DNA from: Klebsormidium nitens
Taxonomy: Eukaryota; Plantae; Klebsormidiophyceae
Direction: 5' to 3'
NCBI GenBank assembly: GCA_000708835.1
Contig: DF238763.1
Coordinates: forward strand, 42,469-106,468
Length of the DNA: 64,000 nt
The notes under the pieces were generated by a model that saw only the letters and a list, made by a program, of their open reading frames with translations, searched no databases and was not told the DNA's origin. Of the stretch, positions 22,737-57,270 are shown in pieces; within the stretch, counting starts at the first letter, position 1, and every line of letters begins with the position of its first letter. Made by a program: the position numbers and the translations under genes.

Positions 22737-24764
22737 TTAGCTTCGCTGCGGCAAAAATAAAAAAGTACAAAAAAAGATTAAAAACAGGCGGCTATCTACC
22801 CAAAATGATACAATATCCCAAAGGCCTATAAAAGTAATCAAGACTGTAAGCCCAATTAACATAATAAAAGCGTAGTGATAAATCAAACCACTTTGCAACC
22901 CACTTGTCCGTTTGCTCAAAGTACGCATAGTTGTTGCAATCCCGTAAGGGCCCAATAGTTCAATAACACCCTTATCCAAGGTCACAAAGCTTATTGAATA
23001 GCCAAATCGTAAGACCGATTGTGCCAAGAATTCATTCAATACTTTATCAAACAGCCAACGCTTGTTCAAAAAAGTATAGAAACGCCTTCCTAAAGAGCTG
23101 GTCTTGAAGTCATATACAAATGAATTCTTATGATTGTTGATCCAATAAGCAATGCCAGCCCCTAGGGTACTCAATAGCAAAGGGATCAATTTAACGATCT
23201 GTGGTGTGGAAAACTCAGACTCACTTAGATTTGAATTGTCAGGCAACACAAAGATTGATTGCCCCCAGAAATCTGTGCCTAAGCCAATCATCATATCTTT
23301 GCATAGATAGCCTACGAATAAGCTTCCAAATGCTAGCACAATCAAGGGTGCTGCCATTAGAGGTGGTGCGTCATGCGCATTTTTTATATCCTGCTTGAAA
23401 GCATTTGTATTCTCCAAAAAAGTTAAGAATAGTAGCCGAAATGAGTAATAAGATGTAAATAGAACAGAGAGACTTCCGAGCCAAAATGCAAAATGTCCGC
23501 TTATTGTATACTTGGTATAAGCTAATTCAAGGATAACATCTTTTGAATAAAAACCCGTCAAGAAGGGAAAACCAATAAGTGCTAAGCTTCCAATAAGCAT
23601 CATAGCATAAGTGAAAGGTAAGACTTGGTTCAACCCACCCATCTTACGCATATCTTGCTCATCTGACATTGCATGAATGACAGAGCCAGCGCTCAGGAAT
23701 AGCAAGGCTTTAAAAAAAGCATGGTTCATAAGGTGAAAGATACTTACTGCATAATTCGAAATCCCACAAGCAAAAACCATGTATCCTAGTTGACTACAAG
23801 TTGAGTAAGCAATGACTCTTTTTAAGTCATTTTGAAGAATCCCAGTTGTTGCTGCAAAGAAAGCGGTCATAGCACCCATACAGGTCACAACAACTAAAGC
23901 GTTTGGCGCGTATTCGAATAAGGGGGAACAGCGAGCAATTAAGAATACACCTGCGGTCACCATTGTGGCAGCATGAATGAGTGCAGAAACAGGAGTGGGC
24001 CCCTCCATAGCATCTGGCAACCAAGTATGAAGCCCTATTTGGGCTGATTTCCCAACAGCGCCTACAAACAATAACAAACAAATTGCGGAAAGAGCGTCGA
24101 CATGCATATTACAAAACACAAAAGATTCAGGCGCTAAAGACTCTTTCATAGCCCATTCATTTGCAACTGCAAATAAGACATGATAATCCACACTTTGAAA
24201 GACTAAAAAGCAGCTCATAATCCCAAGAGCTAAGCCAAAGTCGCCTACTCTGTTCACAAGCATTGCCTTTATTGCAGCCTTGTTTGCTTGAAGTCTTGTA
24301 AACCAAAAATTAATAAGTAAGTAAGATGCAAGTCCTACACCTTCCCATCCTAAGAACATTTGGATAAGATTGTCTGCGCTTACCAACATAAGCATAAAGA
24401 AGGTAAAGATTGATAAGTAACACATAAACCGGGGTAGAAAAGGGTCTTCTGACATGTATGATATTGAATACGTGTGCACAAGTGTACTCACAAGTGTGAC
24501 CACAATAAGCATCACTACGGTTAGACTGTCAAAAAGAAACCCCCAAGATGCATCAAACATCTCTGAATCAAACCACGGAGCAAATTGCAGAGTGCAAGCA
24601 GATCCAACTAAGGCAACCTCGTAGAAGGCAACTAAGCTGAAAAGAAAGCTTGTGCCCACGCAACTTGTGGTTACAATTGCAGCCCCACGAGACCCTAGAA
24701 ACCGGCCAAAAAGGGCTGATGTAGCACAGCCTAGCAAAGGTAAAGTAACAATAAGTAAATACAT
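22737..24764 (-). CDS. nad5: NADH dehydrogenase subunit 5 (675 aa), intronless
   Basis: [12 protein letters not shown].., [35 protein letters not shown]. Confidence 0.98.
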   Translation of the reverse strand: MYLLIVTLPLLGCATSALFGRFLGSRGAAIVTTSCVGTSFLFSLVAFYEVALVGSACTLQFAPWFDSEMFDASWGFLFDSLTVVMLIVVTLVSTLVHTYSISYMSEDPFLPRFMCYLSIFTFFMLMLVSADNLIQMFLGWEGVGLASYLLINFWFTRLQANKAAIKAMLVNRVGDFGLALGIMSCFLVFQSVDYHVLFAVANEWAMKESLAPESFVFCNMHVDALSAICLLLFVGAVGKSAQIGLHTWLPDAMEGPTPVSALIHAATMVTAGVFLIARCSPLFEYAPNALVVVTCMGAMTAFFAATTGILQNDLKRVIAYSTCSQLGYMVFACGISNYAVSIFHLMNHAFFKALLFLSAGSVIHAMSDEQDMRKMGGLNQVLPFTYAMMLIGSLALIGFPFLTGFYSKDVILELAYTKYTISGHFAFWLGSLSVLFTSYYSFRLLFLTFLENTNAFKQDIKNAHDAPPLMAAPLIVLAFGSLFVGYLCKDMMIGLGTDFWGQSIFVLPDNSNLSESEFSTPQIVKLIPLLLSTLGAGIAYWINNHKNSFVYDFKTSSLGRRFYTFLNKRWLFDKVLNEFLAQSVLRFGYSISFVTLDKGVIELLGPYGIATTMRTLSKRTSGLQSGLIYHYAFIMLIGLTVLITFIGLWDIVSFWVDSRLFLIFFCTFLFLPQRS

Positions 24765-25526
24765 AATTGAGATGCCTTCAAAAAAGATAGAGCATAGATC
24801 TTTTCTTTGGGGAGTATGAGCCCCCAGCTATGCGCTTATAAGTTTCACTCCATTCCCTTCTAGAGAGCAACTTTGCTAGTGAAATGAGCCAGGCGAGGAA
24901 GCTCACTTTTCCCAAATCAAAATTTTGAAATTTTAAAAATGCAGTAACAGTCAATAATCCAACCAAGTGAGTAAGAAACGATTCAATCGGGCATGCAAAT
25001 CTGCCTTTGGCTCTATAAAAAATCAATTTTTTATTGAGGGGATTGAGGCCCCCCAGCTCCGCTAAAAAAGAGAGTTTTTTTTGACTACGCTCCAATCCCG
25101 TACAAGATAGGCTGTGCGCTCATTCAAATTGAAAAAATGTTTTTTCTTTTTATTGAGAAAGTTTGAGCTCCCGGCTTTGATCCAATCCCTTTGGGGAAGG
25201 CATTCTTCGCTGAAAAAAAAGTTTTTTTTTTATCTTCGCTCCAATCTCCTTCGGAGAGAGGCTCTTCGCTCCAATCCCCTTCGGAGAAAGACTCTTCGCT
25301 TCACTCCTCTACGGGGATTTGAATGGCTCTACGTTCATACGTTTACCGCATTTCAACTGCGCTCACTCTTCAAAAAAGTAATTTCGGAAAGCTTTTATCT
25401 CTTCCTTCGTACACTGCATCAACGCAGTCACTGCCGTAAAAGAGTGAAGCTAAAAAAGGGGTAAAATCCCCCCTAGCAAAGCGATGCTATTGTATTTGGA
25501 AAGAAATTCTGAGTGACCCCCATTCT

Positions 25527-25600
25527 TGTCTGGGAGTGGACTTGAACCACCGACACAAGGATTTTCAGTCCTTTGCTCTAACCAACTGAGCTACCCAAAC
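25527..25600 (-). tRNA. trnF(gaa): tRNA-Phe(GAA)
   Basis: GTTTGGG acceptor, AAGGA-CTGAAAA-TCCTT anticodon arm. Confidence 0.95.
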
Positions 25601-25848
25601 AGAAGATTAAGACTATAGGATAGGAATGAACCAAGTCAAAGAATTGTTTCTTGAACAAATCCCCCTAAAAGGAAGTGCAATGAAATGGGGGGCGCTAGCC
25701 CCACTAACGAAGTCACTCTCCTCCCCTACAGGGATCTTCGCTCCCGGTAGGCAGTGGAAAAGAAAAAAGAGATTTTTTTTCGGCGCAGCGAAGGGCGCTA
25801 ACCCCCAAAGGATTGGGAGGGCAAAGGGTAGTTATTAATAGTTTTAAC

Positions 25849-26559
25849 ATGCAAGAATCTCCAAAAATTTTAAAAAGACTTCTACAGGCTAAGGCTCATA
25901 AGGGCAAAAAAGAAGCAAACCCAGCAATGTTTTCGTATATACGCGGCTTTCGAAATGAAAGCAGCATTTTTGATTTATCACAAACCTTACAGTGTTGCAG
26001 ACATATGTTTCAATTTTTAAATGTGTTGTCTAGAAAGAGACACCATATCCTCTTCTTAAACACAAAACCAGAGTTGAACAACTTTACATTATTCATCACT
26101 AAGAACTTTGGTCATAGCGCTGTTGTTGATCAGTGGACTGGGGGCATTCTAACAAATTGGAAACAAATTAAAAAAACAGTTCTTTTTTTTTCTCCTACAA
26201 CAGGGGATCATATAAACTCGCCAATCATTGGTCAATTTCAAGAAGTATGTGATAGTTTCCCACGATTGAAAAAAAGTCGAAGGCTTTTTCAATATCTTCG
26301 CAAGCAACATCGACCGAACTTACTTGTTGTGTTAGACCCAAATAACAATGAATATGCGATCCATGAGGCTTACAACCTTAAGTTACCCATCACTGCTTTT
26401 GTTGATGCAGATACCCCCTCGAGCATACTGAACAAGATTACTTATCCCATCCCAAGCAATAATCGGTCTCTTTTGTTTATGTATTGGGTTTTCAATAGTA
26501 TGGTGTTAATTTGCAATAAAAATCGATTCAAGAAAAAAATTAGATTGAATAAAAGATGA
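25849..26559 (+). CDS. rps2: ribosomal protein S2
   Basis: AHKG..NPAMFSYIRGFRN..IFDL..WTGGILTNW..AIHEA..PITAFVDAD; ATG at 25849. Confidence 0.88.
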   Translation: MQESPKILKRLLQAKAHKGKKEANPAMFSYIRGFRNESSIFDLSQTLQCCRHMFQFLNVLSRKRHHILFLNTKPELNNFTLFITKNFGHSAVVDQWTGGILTNWKQIKKTVLFFSPTTGDHINSPIIGQFQEVCDSFPRLKKSRRLFQYLRKQHRPNLLVVLDPNNNEYAIHEAYNLKLPITAFVDADTPSSILNKITYPIPSNNRSLLFMYWVFNSMVLICNKNRFKKKIRLNKR

Positions 26560-27176
26560 TAATGGCGCAATATCAAATCTCCGCAATTACTATGCTCACC
26601 CCTTTTCTTTTTTTTATCTTCTTGAATGCAGCCGCATGCTTATGCTTATCAATTGGTTGGGATGGTTTACCCTTAATCCATACGGGTTTAATCTGGCTTT
26701 GTATTGTTCTTGTAACTATGCAGAGCACTGACCGTTTCTATGCCGCAGACTTTGAAGATGGCACGCTAGATCTCTGGTTGATTACTGGCTTATTTGCTAA
26801 AAGCTTGCGTATAAAACTTCTATCTTATTGGCTTTTTCATATGATTGGATTATTATGCTGTATCCCTGCTTTACAAGTCTTTTATAACTCCTCATTCTCT
26901 TATACGCATTATGGTATGTTTGGGGTAGGAACTTTGCTCTTCTTATGTATAGGAGCAATCCATTCGGCTCTCTTACTTGGTTTCAAGCAAACTTCGGTCA
27001 ATACAACTGTGTGCTCCATACTAACTCTCCCAACCTTACTACCAGCTCTTATTCTTTGTACAAGCAGTTGTACAGATTTTTCCGCCCTTCTGTGCTTAAT
27101 GGGATACTCTATTTTCTTATCCTTTGTATTTGCTCCTTTTACAAGAATCATTTACAAAACATGTAACACAAGATAA
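26556..27176 (+). CDS. ccmB: heme exporter protein B (cytochrome c maturation), divergent
   Basis: Hydrophobic 206-aa ORF with FYAADFEDGTLDL motif; overlaps the rps2 stop (ATGA). Confidence 0.82.
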   Translation: MIMAQYQISAITMLTPFLFFIFLNAAACLCLSIGWDGLPLIHTGLIWLCIVLVTMQSTDRFYAADFEDGTLDLWLITGLFAKSLRIKLLSYWLFHMIGLLCCIPALQVFYNSSFSYTHYGMFGVGTLLFLCIGAIHSALLLGFKQTSVNTTVCSILTLPTLLPALILCTSSCTDFSALLCLMGYSIFLSFVFAPFTRIIYKTCNTR

Positions 27177-27788
27177 TAATGCTCTTTTTAGGCGCTAGCC
27201 CACGGCTGAGCTGCGCTGAAAAAAAAACTCTCTTTTTTACTCCGCTCCAACCCCCTTCGGGGAACGAATAGTCACACTTTCAAAGAGTGTGGAGCGAAGA
27301 GCCACACTTTCAAAAAGTGTGGAGCGAAGATAAAAAAAAAAACTTTTTTTTCAGCGAAGAGCCTCTCTCCGAAGGAGATTGGAGCGAAGATAAAAAAAAA
27401 AACTTTTTTTTCAGCGAAGATCCCCGAAGGGGATTGGAGCGTAGAGAAAAAAAAACTTTTTTTTTCAGCGAAGCAGGGGGCAACAGCCCCATTCGTGGCT
27501 TTTCGCTCCACTCCCCGAAGGGGAGTGGCTTTTCGCTCCTTGGGCGCTCGCCCAAGGCTTTGTTATACATTTAGGGTGTGGCTTCGCTAGGAAGACTCTT
27601 AGCGGGTTTCTATCCCCGCATTTCGTTAGCGAGGCTATTGTCTTTTGCTCGGCTGAAAAAAAGAGTTTTTTTTTCTCTTTACTCCAATCCCCTACTGGGA
27701 GCGAAAAGCCATTCACAACGGCACTCCCGGTAGGCGTCGAAAGCGGCTCTGCTCCTAAATTCATTCAAATTGAGCTTCACTGATTTTT

Positions 27789-28631
27789 TCACTTTGGATA
27801 CGGTACCGTTCGAAAAGATTGAACAAGAGAATCAATTGTTTTGTTGTGAATCTCACGTCGGAGCTCTAAAAGGAACAGAAGAAGCACCAAGAGGAAGAAC
27901 TGGAAAAACAAAGCATTCATAGGTACAAGCATTGAGATATGGATTTCTGTTCCAAATTGGGTTATACTTGAGGGCTGATGCAAGGTGTTCCACCAATTTA
28001 CAGAAAACTTAATAATTGGAATGTTTAATAGCCCTATGAAAACAAACAGAGGGGCAACGTCAGGAGACCACTTATACAGTAGCATAGCTCCCAAATAAAT
28101 AAAAAGCAGGATAAGCACTGATGTCAATCGTGCATCCCACACCCAAAAGGTACCCCACATAGGCTTTCCCCACAATGAACCGGTCAGTAGAGTTAGGCAC
28201 GTAAATAGGGCACCAATCGCACAAAAAATTCTTGAGCCGTAAATAAAGATTGGATGCTTGTTAAAAAAAAAGCCAGCACTCGTTAGAGTCAGAAAAAAAT
28301 AAAGAAGGACGCTCATCCAAGCAGATGGCACATGAATAAATAGTATACGATAATTCTCTCCTTGCTGAAAATCGGAAGGCGCAACCCATATACCAAGATA
28401 GAGGCCAAGAGCACTTAGGAACAAACATATATACCAAAGAATAGGAACAAGTAGAGCAGAATAGCGCATGATTCGAGATGGTTGAAGAAATGAGACATAA
28501 GACTCAGAGCTACCATTTGAAAAAACAGCGTCACTTATTAGCGTGGAGTCAGATCGGATAAGATGTGGCTTTTTTAACATGTGAAAAACATTGTCTACTT
28601 TGATGCGGAAAAAAAGAATAAACGTATTCAA
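27789..28631 (-). CDS. ccmC: cytochrome c maturation protein C
   Basis: QQGENYRILFIHVPSAW, TGSLWGKPMWGTFWVWDARLTS (WWD domain). Start could be a later Met. Confidence 0.96.
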   Translation of the reverse strand: MNTFILFFRIKVDNVFHMLKKPHLIRSDSTLISDAVFSNGSSESYVSFLQPSRIMRYSALLVPILWYICLFLSALGLYLGIWVAPSDFQQGENYRILFIHVPSAWMSVLLYFFLTLTSAGFFFNKHPIFIYGSRIFCAIGALFTCLTLLTGSLWGKPMWGTFWVWDARLTSVLILLFIYLGAMLLYKWSPDVAPLFVFIGLLNIPIIKFSVNWWNTLHQPSSITQFGTEIHISMLVPMNALFFQFFLLVLLLFLLELRREIHNKTIDSLVQSFRTVPYPK

Positions 28632-28960
28632 TCAAAAATCAATTGATTTTTTTGAAGTGAGAGACGGCAGTCTGTCTCAATTACCCCCCCAAAAAAGGAG
28701 AGTGGAATGAGCAAAGAGCCCATACCCTACGGAGATTGGAGTGAAAAGCCACATTTTTTGAAAGTGTGGAGGGAGCGAAGAGCCTCTCTCTGAAGGGGAT
28801 TGGAGCGAAGAGCCTCTCCCCGAAGGGGATTGGAGCGAAGAGAAAAAAGAGTTTTTTTCAGCGCAGCCCAGCCGTGGGTGCCAGCCCTCCAAATCACAAA
28901 ATCTGCTTTATTGTTTGAAATTTTTATGCGCTTTGCTTCTTTCTCTTTGTTCACGAGCCT

Positions 28961-29034
28961 GGCGAATAACGGGATTTGAACCCATGTTTCCAGAGTCACA
29001 GTCCGGCACTTTGACCAACTAAGTTATACTCGCC
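28961..29034 (-). tRNA. trnH(gug): tRNA-His(GUG)
   Basis: G-1, GCGAGTA/TATTCGC acceptor, discriminator C, anticodon GTG. Confidence 0.9.
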
Positions 29035-29763
29035 CAAAAGGATTTCATAAAATGTTACAATCTCTATGAAGAAATAGGTCGGCAGCAATACAATCAGTTG
29101 GCTCCATAAATCAGGTGGTGACAACAATGCTGCAACACAAATTGATCCGAAAAATATTTTTTTTCTATGAAAGAGTAAAGAATGCTCTTGAAAACGTTGC
29201 CCTGTCTTTTGGGCTTTTTGCTTTATAAGCCAAGCAACAAATAAAGGCAATTGCGAACAGAGTCCAAAAAAGAACATAATACGGAATAATAGCAACGTAT
29301 AATCGTAAACTTTTGGTTGTAACTCAAAATGTAACATTGAAATCGATGAACTACATTGCTTTATAAAGAAAGCCCAAATTGTGGGAACAGCAAGCCAATA
29401 AGCAAAGACAAACCCTCCAAAAAAAAAAGTAGCACTCAGAATAAGCCATTGTGTAGCAACGTGCCTTTGCTGCTCTGTGTAACTAGGAATAAAGAAGCAC
29501 CACATTTGGTAAATAAAAAATGGGGTGTTTACGTACAATGAAACAACAAAGCTTACTTTCAAATAAGTCTGAAAAGCTTCCGTCATTTGTGTGCATAAAA
29601 ATTCGGTTATAACACCACTTGTTTGAATTGGCAACGCAAAAAAGAAAATGAGTTCTTCGGAATAAGCGTACCCTACGCAACAAGAAAAAAAAAAGCCGGA
29701 GATAAACCACCCCAATCGAATTTGGGTCTCTTTGATTACTTGGTAGAATGCAGATTGATTCAT
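28996..29763 (-). CDS. tatC: twin-arginine translocase subunit TatC (255 aa)
   Basis: CTQMTEAFQTYLK, FFIYQMWCFFIP, ELQPKVYDY, AALLSPPDLWSQL. ATG at 29763, 3 nt after trnS; stop codon lies inside trnH. Confidence 0.92.
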   Translation of the reverse strand: MNQSAFYQVIKETQIRLGWFISGFFFSCCVGYAYSEELIFFFALPIQTSGVITEFLCTQMTEAFQTYLKVSFVVSLYVNTPFFIYQMWCFFIPSYTEQQRHVATQWLILSATFFFGGFVFAYWLAVPTIWAFFIKQCSSSISMLHFELQPKVYDYTLLLFRIMFFFGLCSQLPLFVAWLIKQKAQKTGQRFQEHSLLFHRKKIFFGSICVAALLSPPDLWSQLIVLLPTYFFIEIVTFYEILLGEYNLVGQSAGL

Positions 29764-29765
29764 AA

Positions 29766-29853
29766 TGGATGGGGAGGGATTTGAACCCCCGGTATTGCAT
29801 GACAATACGCCGGTTTTCAAGACCGGTACTTTCAACCGCTCAGACACCCATCC
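29766..29853 (-). tRNA. trnS(uga): tRNA-Ser(UGA)
   Basis: GGATGGG acceptor, CCGGT-CTTGAAA-ACCGG anticodon arm, long variable arm. Confidence 0.94.
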
Positions 29854-31649
29854 TAAACGAGTAAGTCTTATGATGAGCATTAAGCCACTCCCGCCAGGAA
29901 CAGATAGCCCAAGGAATGGTAGAAAAAAGAATTTTGTCCATGAACACGGAAAGGAATGGGAAAGCTTTGAAGCAGAGCCTATTCTCGCAGGGGGTTAAAG
30001 CGAAGAGCCACACTTTTTGAAAGTGTGGCTCTTCGCTCCCCGAAGGGGATTGGAGCATAGATAAAAAAAACACTTTTTTTTCAGCGAACCAGGGGGCAAC
30101 AGCCCCATTAGTGACTCTTCGTTCTCCGTAAGGGATTGGAGTAAAAAAAAAGATTCTTTTATTTCAGCGCAGCCCATTTTCTCTTGGAATTCATTAGTGG
30201 CACTGGCGTGCCCCACTTTGTTCCGCTCCCGGGGGGAGTGATTGAATTCAAAAAAATCTCTTTTTTGATTTCATTCCACTCCCGGGGGGAGTGATTTTAT
30301 TCAAAAAAATCTCTTTTTTTATTTCATTCGTGGGCGATCGCCCAAGGAGATGTTTTTTTTTGCTATTCACCGGACTACAGGGATTTCTTTTTTAAGGCTG
30401 TTTATGCTCATACGCTTATGAAACTCCTTTTTTTTTGCTATGCCTACACTACTCGTTTTTTAAATATGGCCAACTCGTTTTGTTTTGAAAATATCCAGAG
30501 CACGTTGGGTTGAAGTTCTTCTCCATAAAAGATTTGCAAACAGTGCCCGAGTCTTATTTTAGATGAATATAAGAAAAACCAGAGTTTACGCGAAGGCTAG
30601 AAATGTACACGAATACATCAATGATATTAGGAGCGCTGTTTTCTTGAAAAAGGAAAATCGGATGATGATTCTCAATCATTCAAAGCAGAAAGGTGTTATT
30701 CCACAAAGGCTGCAACCCTTCAAAAATGCAAAAAAGAGAAAAATGGATACAGTTCTACTCAATCAAATGGTAAGCAATTGTACCAAAGTAAAGTATTGTC
30801 TTTCTTTTGAAAGATTCTGAGTTTTCAAATGCAATTATATGCAGACCAGCCCATGTGGTAGATCACCCGTTCGCCCATACTTTGAGCCATCAGGCAAGAG
30901 CGTGTTCAATCGATTGTCTCTAGCTCCGATAGAAAAAAAAGCTCTTTATCTTATTCAAATTTTTGCGTATTATCGCTCATACTTTTTTTTAACAACCTCG
31001 AAAATTCTGCTCCACATTCTATAGCTCTTTGGCTTTGAATATATTAAAAGAAGGTGCTTGAATGAGCAACTAGCGTTTTCACTCTATTGAAAAAACAAAA
31101 GCTAAAAATAAAAAAGAAACAAAGAGCTAGGATCCCTCGATTCCCATTTTTAATCAGTTGTTTCATAAAAAAAATGAGCACAGCGAGTTGCTGTGGTGTA
31201 CACTTTCCGTTTTGCTTCACTGGTAAGGCTACCGCCCTTGTTGTGCGGAAAAAAAGTTTTTTTGGCTTAGTTACTGTCTTTTCGCTCTCCATACGGAAGT
31301 GGAGGTACTGCACAGTAATTCGTACCACTCTTTAATCTTTAAAGGAACAGAGTCACTATCCCCATCACTATCCCTAAAAGGGAGTGGAATGAAATCACTC
31401 CCTCCCCGGGAGTGGAATGAAATAAAAAAAAAAGATTTTTTTGAATTCAATCACTCCCTCCCCGGGAGTGGAATGAAATAAAAAAAAGATTTTTTTGAAT
31501 GAAATGGGGGGCGCTAGCCCCACTAACAGAGTGACTCGCACTCCCCTACAGGGATCTTCGCTCCCGGGAGGGAGGGGGAGTGGCTTTCTGCCAGTGGCGC
31601 CGTTGCCCCTCTCTCTTCGTTTTGTTGTTCAAATGGTGTGACCAAGTGC

Positions 31650-31955
31650 TTACCCTTTCATTAAATGAATAAATTCAACCGCAATTGTGCCTCGAATTCT
31701 GTAGTAAACAACAAGAATTGCTAGGCCGATTGCAGACTCTGCCGCTGCGACTGTTAAAACCAGAAGAGCAAAAATTTGACCCATCATATCGTCTAAGCAC
31801 ACAGAAAACACTAATAAGTTTAGATTGACCGCAAGGAGCATAAGCTCAATTGACATTAACATAATTATAATGTTTTTTCGATTTAAAAAGATGCCCCATA
31901 TGCCTAAAAGGAACAAAATCATAGAAACGGTTAAATATTTTACTTCTTGAATCAT
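31650..31955 (-). CDS. nad4L: NADH dehydrogenase subunit 4L
   Basis: [43 protein letters not shown]; ATG at 31955. Confidence 0.97.
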   Translation of the reverse strand: MIQEVKYLTVSMILFLLGIWGIFLNRKNIIIMLMSIELMLLAVNLNLLVFSVCLDDMMGQIFALLVLTVAAAESAIGLAILVVYYRIRGTIAVEFIHLMKG

Positions 31956-32541
31956 TTTTTGAATTTGAATGAATTGTTTCAAAAATGCAAAGCCGATGCG
32001 TTGCTTTTAAGCCTTGAATCATTTGCATTGTTATTCTCGAGCCCTCCCTGTTGAAATTGGTTCGTTTGGTATGGTGAATAGAAGAAAAAAGAGGGGGGGG
32101 AGAGGGCAAGTCGGTCGCTCTTTAAGCGAAAATGCCTGCTATGGCTATTAGAGTCAACGAAGTTGCAATTGTGTTGCTAAAGACAGCGCTTTTTTTCAAA
32201 AGAAATTGGCGACGACCTATTCGTTTGTTTCTTTATCACTTTTTTTTTCAGTAAAAGCAACTGAAATTTTCAGGTGCATTAACTCTCTCTAATGCAAGAA
32301 TTGTTTGTCTTTTTAATAAAGAAAACAAAACAGTCATCTTTTTACTCCTTTTTTTAATACATTTCAAAGCGAAGTGCCGTACGAGAAGAGTGGGACGGAG
32401 TCGTGATCAGTCTGCCAATTGGCAAAGATCAAAAGTACGGTTGAAACGGGAAGCGTAAAGCCTACCCCATAGAAGATTGGAGTAACAGCTCGTTCTCTTT
32501 TTTCAGCTGAGCAGGGGTCGATAGCCCCACTAAAAAAGCAC

Positions 32542-32808
32542 TCAAGGCAACAATAAAAGAATAAAAAAATCTTTCATTGCAATTAAAATTACGACCTGTA
32601 TTAAGGTGCCGACAAAAACACGTGTCACTGAATTATGTACATAGTCTGCTAAAATTTCAGAAATTCCTATGTGTGCGTGCCAGAACATTGCAATATTCAG
32701 AACAATCAAGCTACTTGGGGTAGCTGAAAGAAAGGTTGGTATTAATAAGATGGCAGTACTTCTTTGAAGAAGCCAATGTGTTAGAGGTTCTTTATTGATT
32801 CTTGTCAT
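32542..32808 (-). CDS. sdh4: succinate dehydrogenase subunit 4
   Basis: HWLLQRSTA, FWHAHIGISEILADYVH; directly downstream of sdh3. Confidence 0.92.
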   Translation of the reverse strand: MTRINKEPLTHWLLQRSTAILLIPTFLSATPSSLIVLNIAMFWHAHIGISEILADYVHNSVTRVFVGTLIQVVILIAMKDFFILLLLP

Positions 32809-32822
32809 AATAGCAATAAGGT

Positions 32823-33218
32823 TTATGATGCATAAAATCGAAGGAAGTTAATGGCTGCTAGGCTTGCAGAACACGCTAACATAATAAAAGCAGAGGTATA
32901 AATCTTGTTTAGGTCTAGAAACAGCCCCATATCCCACAAAAGATGGCGAATCCCGTTACTCATATGATAGCAGAGCGCAAAAAAAGCAAGTATTAATGCA
33001 GCAAAAACAAGCCAATCCAATTTAGAACACAAAAGAAAAGCAAACCAATAAACAGGGTAAGTATTGAAATGAGTCGCGCTCAGTTTTAAAGCAAAAATTC
33101 CACCAATAGCTGTAGTTGCCAAAACTACACCCGAAATTCTATGAAAAATAGAAAGTACTGAGGTTAGTTGTGGTCTGTAAACGGTTAAATGAGGTGATAA
33201 TGGTCGATTGATTCTCAT
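32823..33218 (-). CDS. sdh3: succinate dehydrogenase subunit 3
   Basis: NRPLSPHLTVY..SIFHRISG..YHMSNGIRHLLWD. Confidence 0.96.
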   Translation of the reverse strand: MRINRPLSPHLTVYRPQLTSVLSIFHRISGVVLATTAIGGIFALKLSATHFNTYPVYWFAFLLCSKLDWLVFAALILAFFALCYHMSNGIRHLLWDMGLFLDLNKIYTSAFIMLACSASLAAINFLRFYAS

Positions 33219-33596
33219 TAGCTTATTAATAAATCAAAAAAAAAGGGCCTACCACAAAAAAAACTGCAAAGAATAAAAGTGGGCAATGGTACTCTCCCCT
33301 ATCGAGAACCCTTATGAATAGAGAAGGTTACTAAAGCGCAAAAGGATGGAAAGTCTTTTTTTTGCTTTACTCCAATCCTCTTCGGGGAGTGGAGCGGGGC
33401 AGGGGGCAATAGCCCCCCATCAGTGATTTCATTTGAATGGCTCTTCACTCCTTTTTAGCAAAAAGTCTTGATTCTGGTCTCTCAAAAGCTATTTTTTTGA
33501 TTGTATTGGACGGGCTACTAGCACACACTGCATTTTTTGAATCCTCCCCGCATACTAACACTCGACGTACTCGCTTGTTATTCCTTAAGTATTCAC

Positions 33597-33670
33597 TCAG
33601 GGTGACAGGATTTGAACCTATGACATTCTGTTCCCAAAACAGACGCGCTACCAGGCTGCGCTACACCCCG
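33597..33670 (-). tRNA. trnP(ugg): tRNA-Pro(UGG)
   Basis: CGGGGTG acceptor, TCTGT-TTTGGGA-ACAGA anticodon arm. Confidence 0.94.
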
Positions 33671-33694
33671 CATTGTGAGTAAGATTTGAGTGCT

Positions 33695-33768
33695 TGCACT
33701 CTACAGGGCTCGAACCTGTGACAACTAACTTAGAAGGTTATCGCTCTATCCATCTGAGCTAAGAATGC
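33695..33768 (-). tRNA. trnR(ucu): tRNA-Arg(UCU)
   Basis: GCATTCT acceptor, anticodon loop CTTCTAA. Confidence 0.9.
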
Positions 33769-33880
33769 AAAAAAAAGAGTATGCTAATTTTCTTTCAGTT
33801 TTGAACCGATTTGAACAAAAGCGATAATGATAAGTAAAACACTTTAAAAGAGTTATAAAAGAGAACATTGGCCTTTGCTT

Positions 33881-33963
33881 TGGGAGAAAAGGGATTCGAA
33901 CCCCTGTAGAATCACTTCAATAGATTTACAGTCTATCGCCTTTAGCCGCTCAGCCATTCTCCC
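33881..33963 (-). tRNA. trnY(gua): tRNA-Tyr(GUA)
   Basis: GGGAGAA acceptor, ATAGA-CTGTAAA-TCTAT anticodon arm, long variable arm. Confidence 0.94.
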
Positions 33964-34221
33964 CTTTTTATTGAATAGCGCAAGCACTGTCCAGACGAGT
34001 AAAATCTTTTCTTTTTCTTCGCTCCAATCCCTTTCGGGGAGTGGCTCTTTGCTTCCCGTAGCGAATTGGAAAAAAGTGTGGAAAGTATGAAATAGGAGAT
34101 ACGAATCTCTTAATAGTACTATCGTTTGGTACCCCTGGCTAGGCTGAAAAAAAAAGGTTTTTTTGAGAAAAGAGGCCGTTGCTTATACTAGCACTTAAGC
34201 TTGCGCTCTTCTTAAGACATA

Positions 34222-34292
34222 AGCGGGCAACGGGAATCGAACCCATATCTTCTGCTTGGAAGGCAGATCATTTACCATTAATATATGCCCGC
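34222..34292 (-). tRNA. trnG(ucc): tRNA-Gly(UCC)
   Basis: GCGGGCA acceptor, anticodon loop CTTCCAA, GGGTTCGATTCCC T-arm. Confidence 0.92.
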
Positions 34293-34388
34293 ATTTGTGT
34301 GAAAATTCAAAAAGTTGTTTTAGAAAGGGGCAAAGCGTACTTTGTTAAAATCAAAAAACCTAGCCTCAACATTGCTTTAACTATTTGA

Positions 34389-56937
<22,549 letters not shown>

Positions 56938-57270
56938 TTACCCATTTGCTTTGGTGAGCTATCGATTTTTGCTGGGCTACAATTTTTTTAAGAGTGATTG
57001 TGGCCGGAGGATTATTGGTCATTCACATCTAGGAGGTGGAATGTCACCCTCTCTGCGAATTGTTCATGCTTTTTCAATCATTTCTCAATTTTATTCAAAA
57101 AAAAGACTTTATTTCTTTTCATTTTTATGTTTTATTGAAATGGATAGCTCTCCTGCTTCTTCAAGCTATATTGATTCAAAAAGGCGTAACTTCTCGAAAT
57201 TGACTGTTTTGATAGAATTCAATAACTCTGAACCTTTAGCAGCTTGTGTATGCTCTTATGTACTTCAATT

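Noticed and set aside
30400-31330. Possible ribosomal-protein gene between nad4L and trnS (ORFs 30563-30820, 31044-31328)
   Set aside because: No recognisable motif in any frame I translated; it may be decayed foreign DNA but cannot be supported.
32375-32445. Group II intron domain V-like remnant (gtgccgtacg..gtacggttg)
   Set aside because: The arms are ~50 nt apart, with no domain VI or interrupted gene; too weak.
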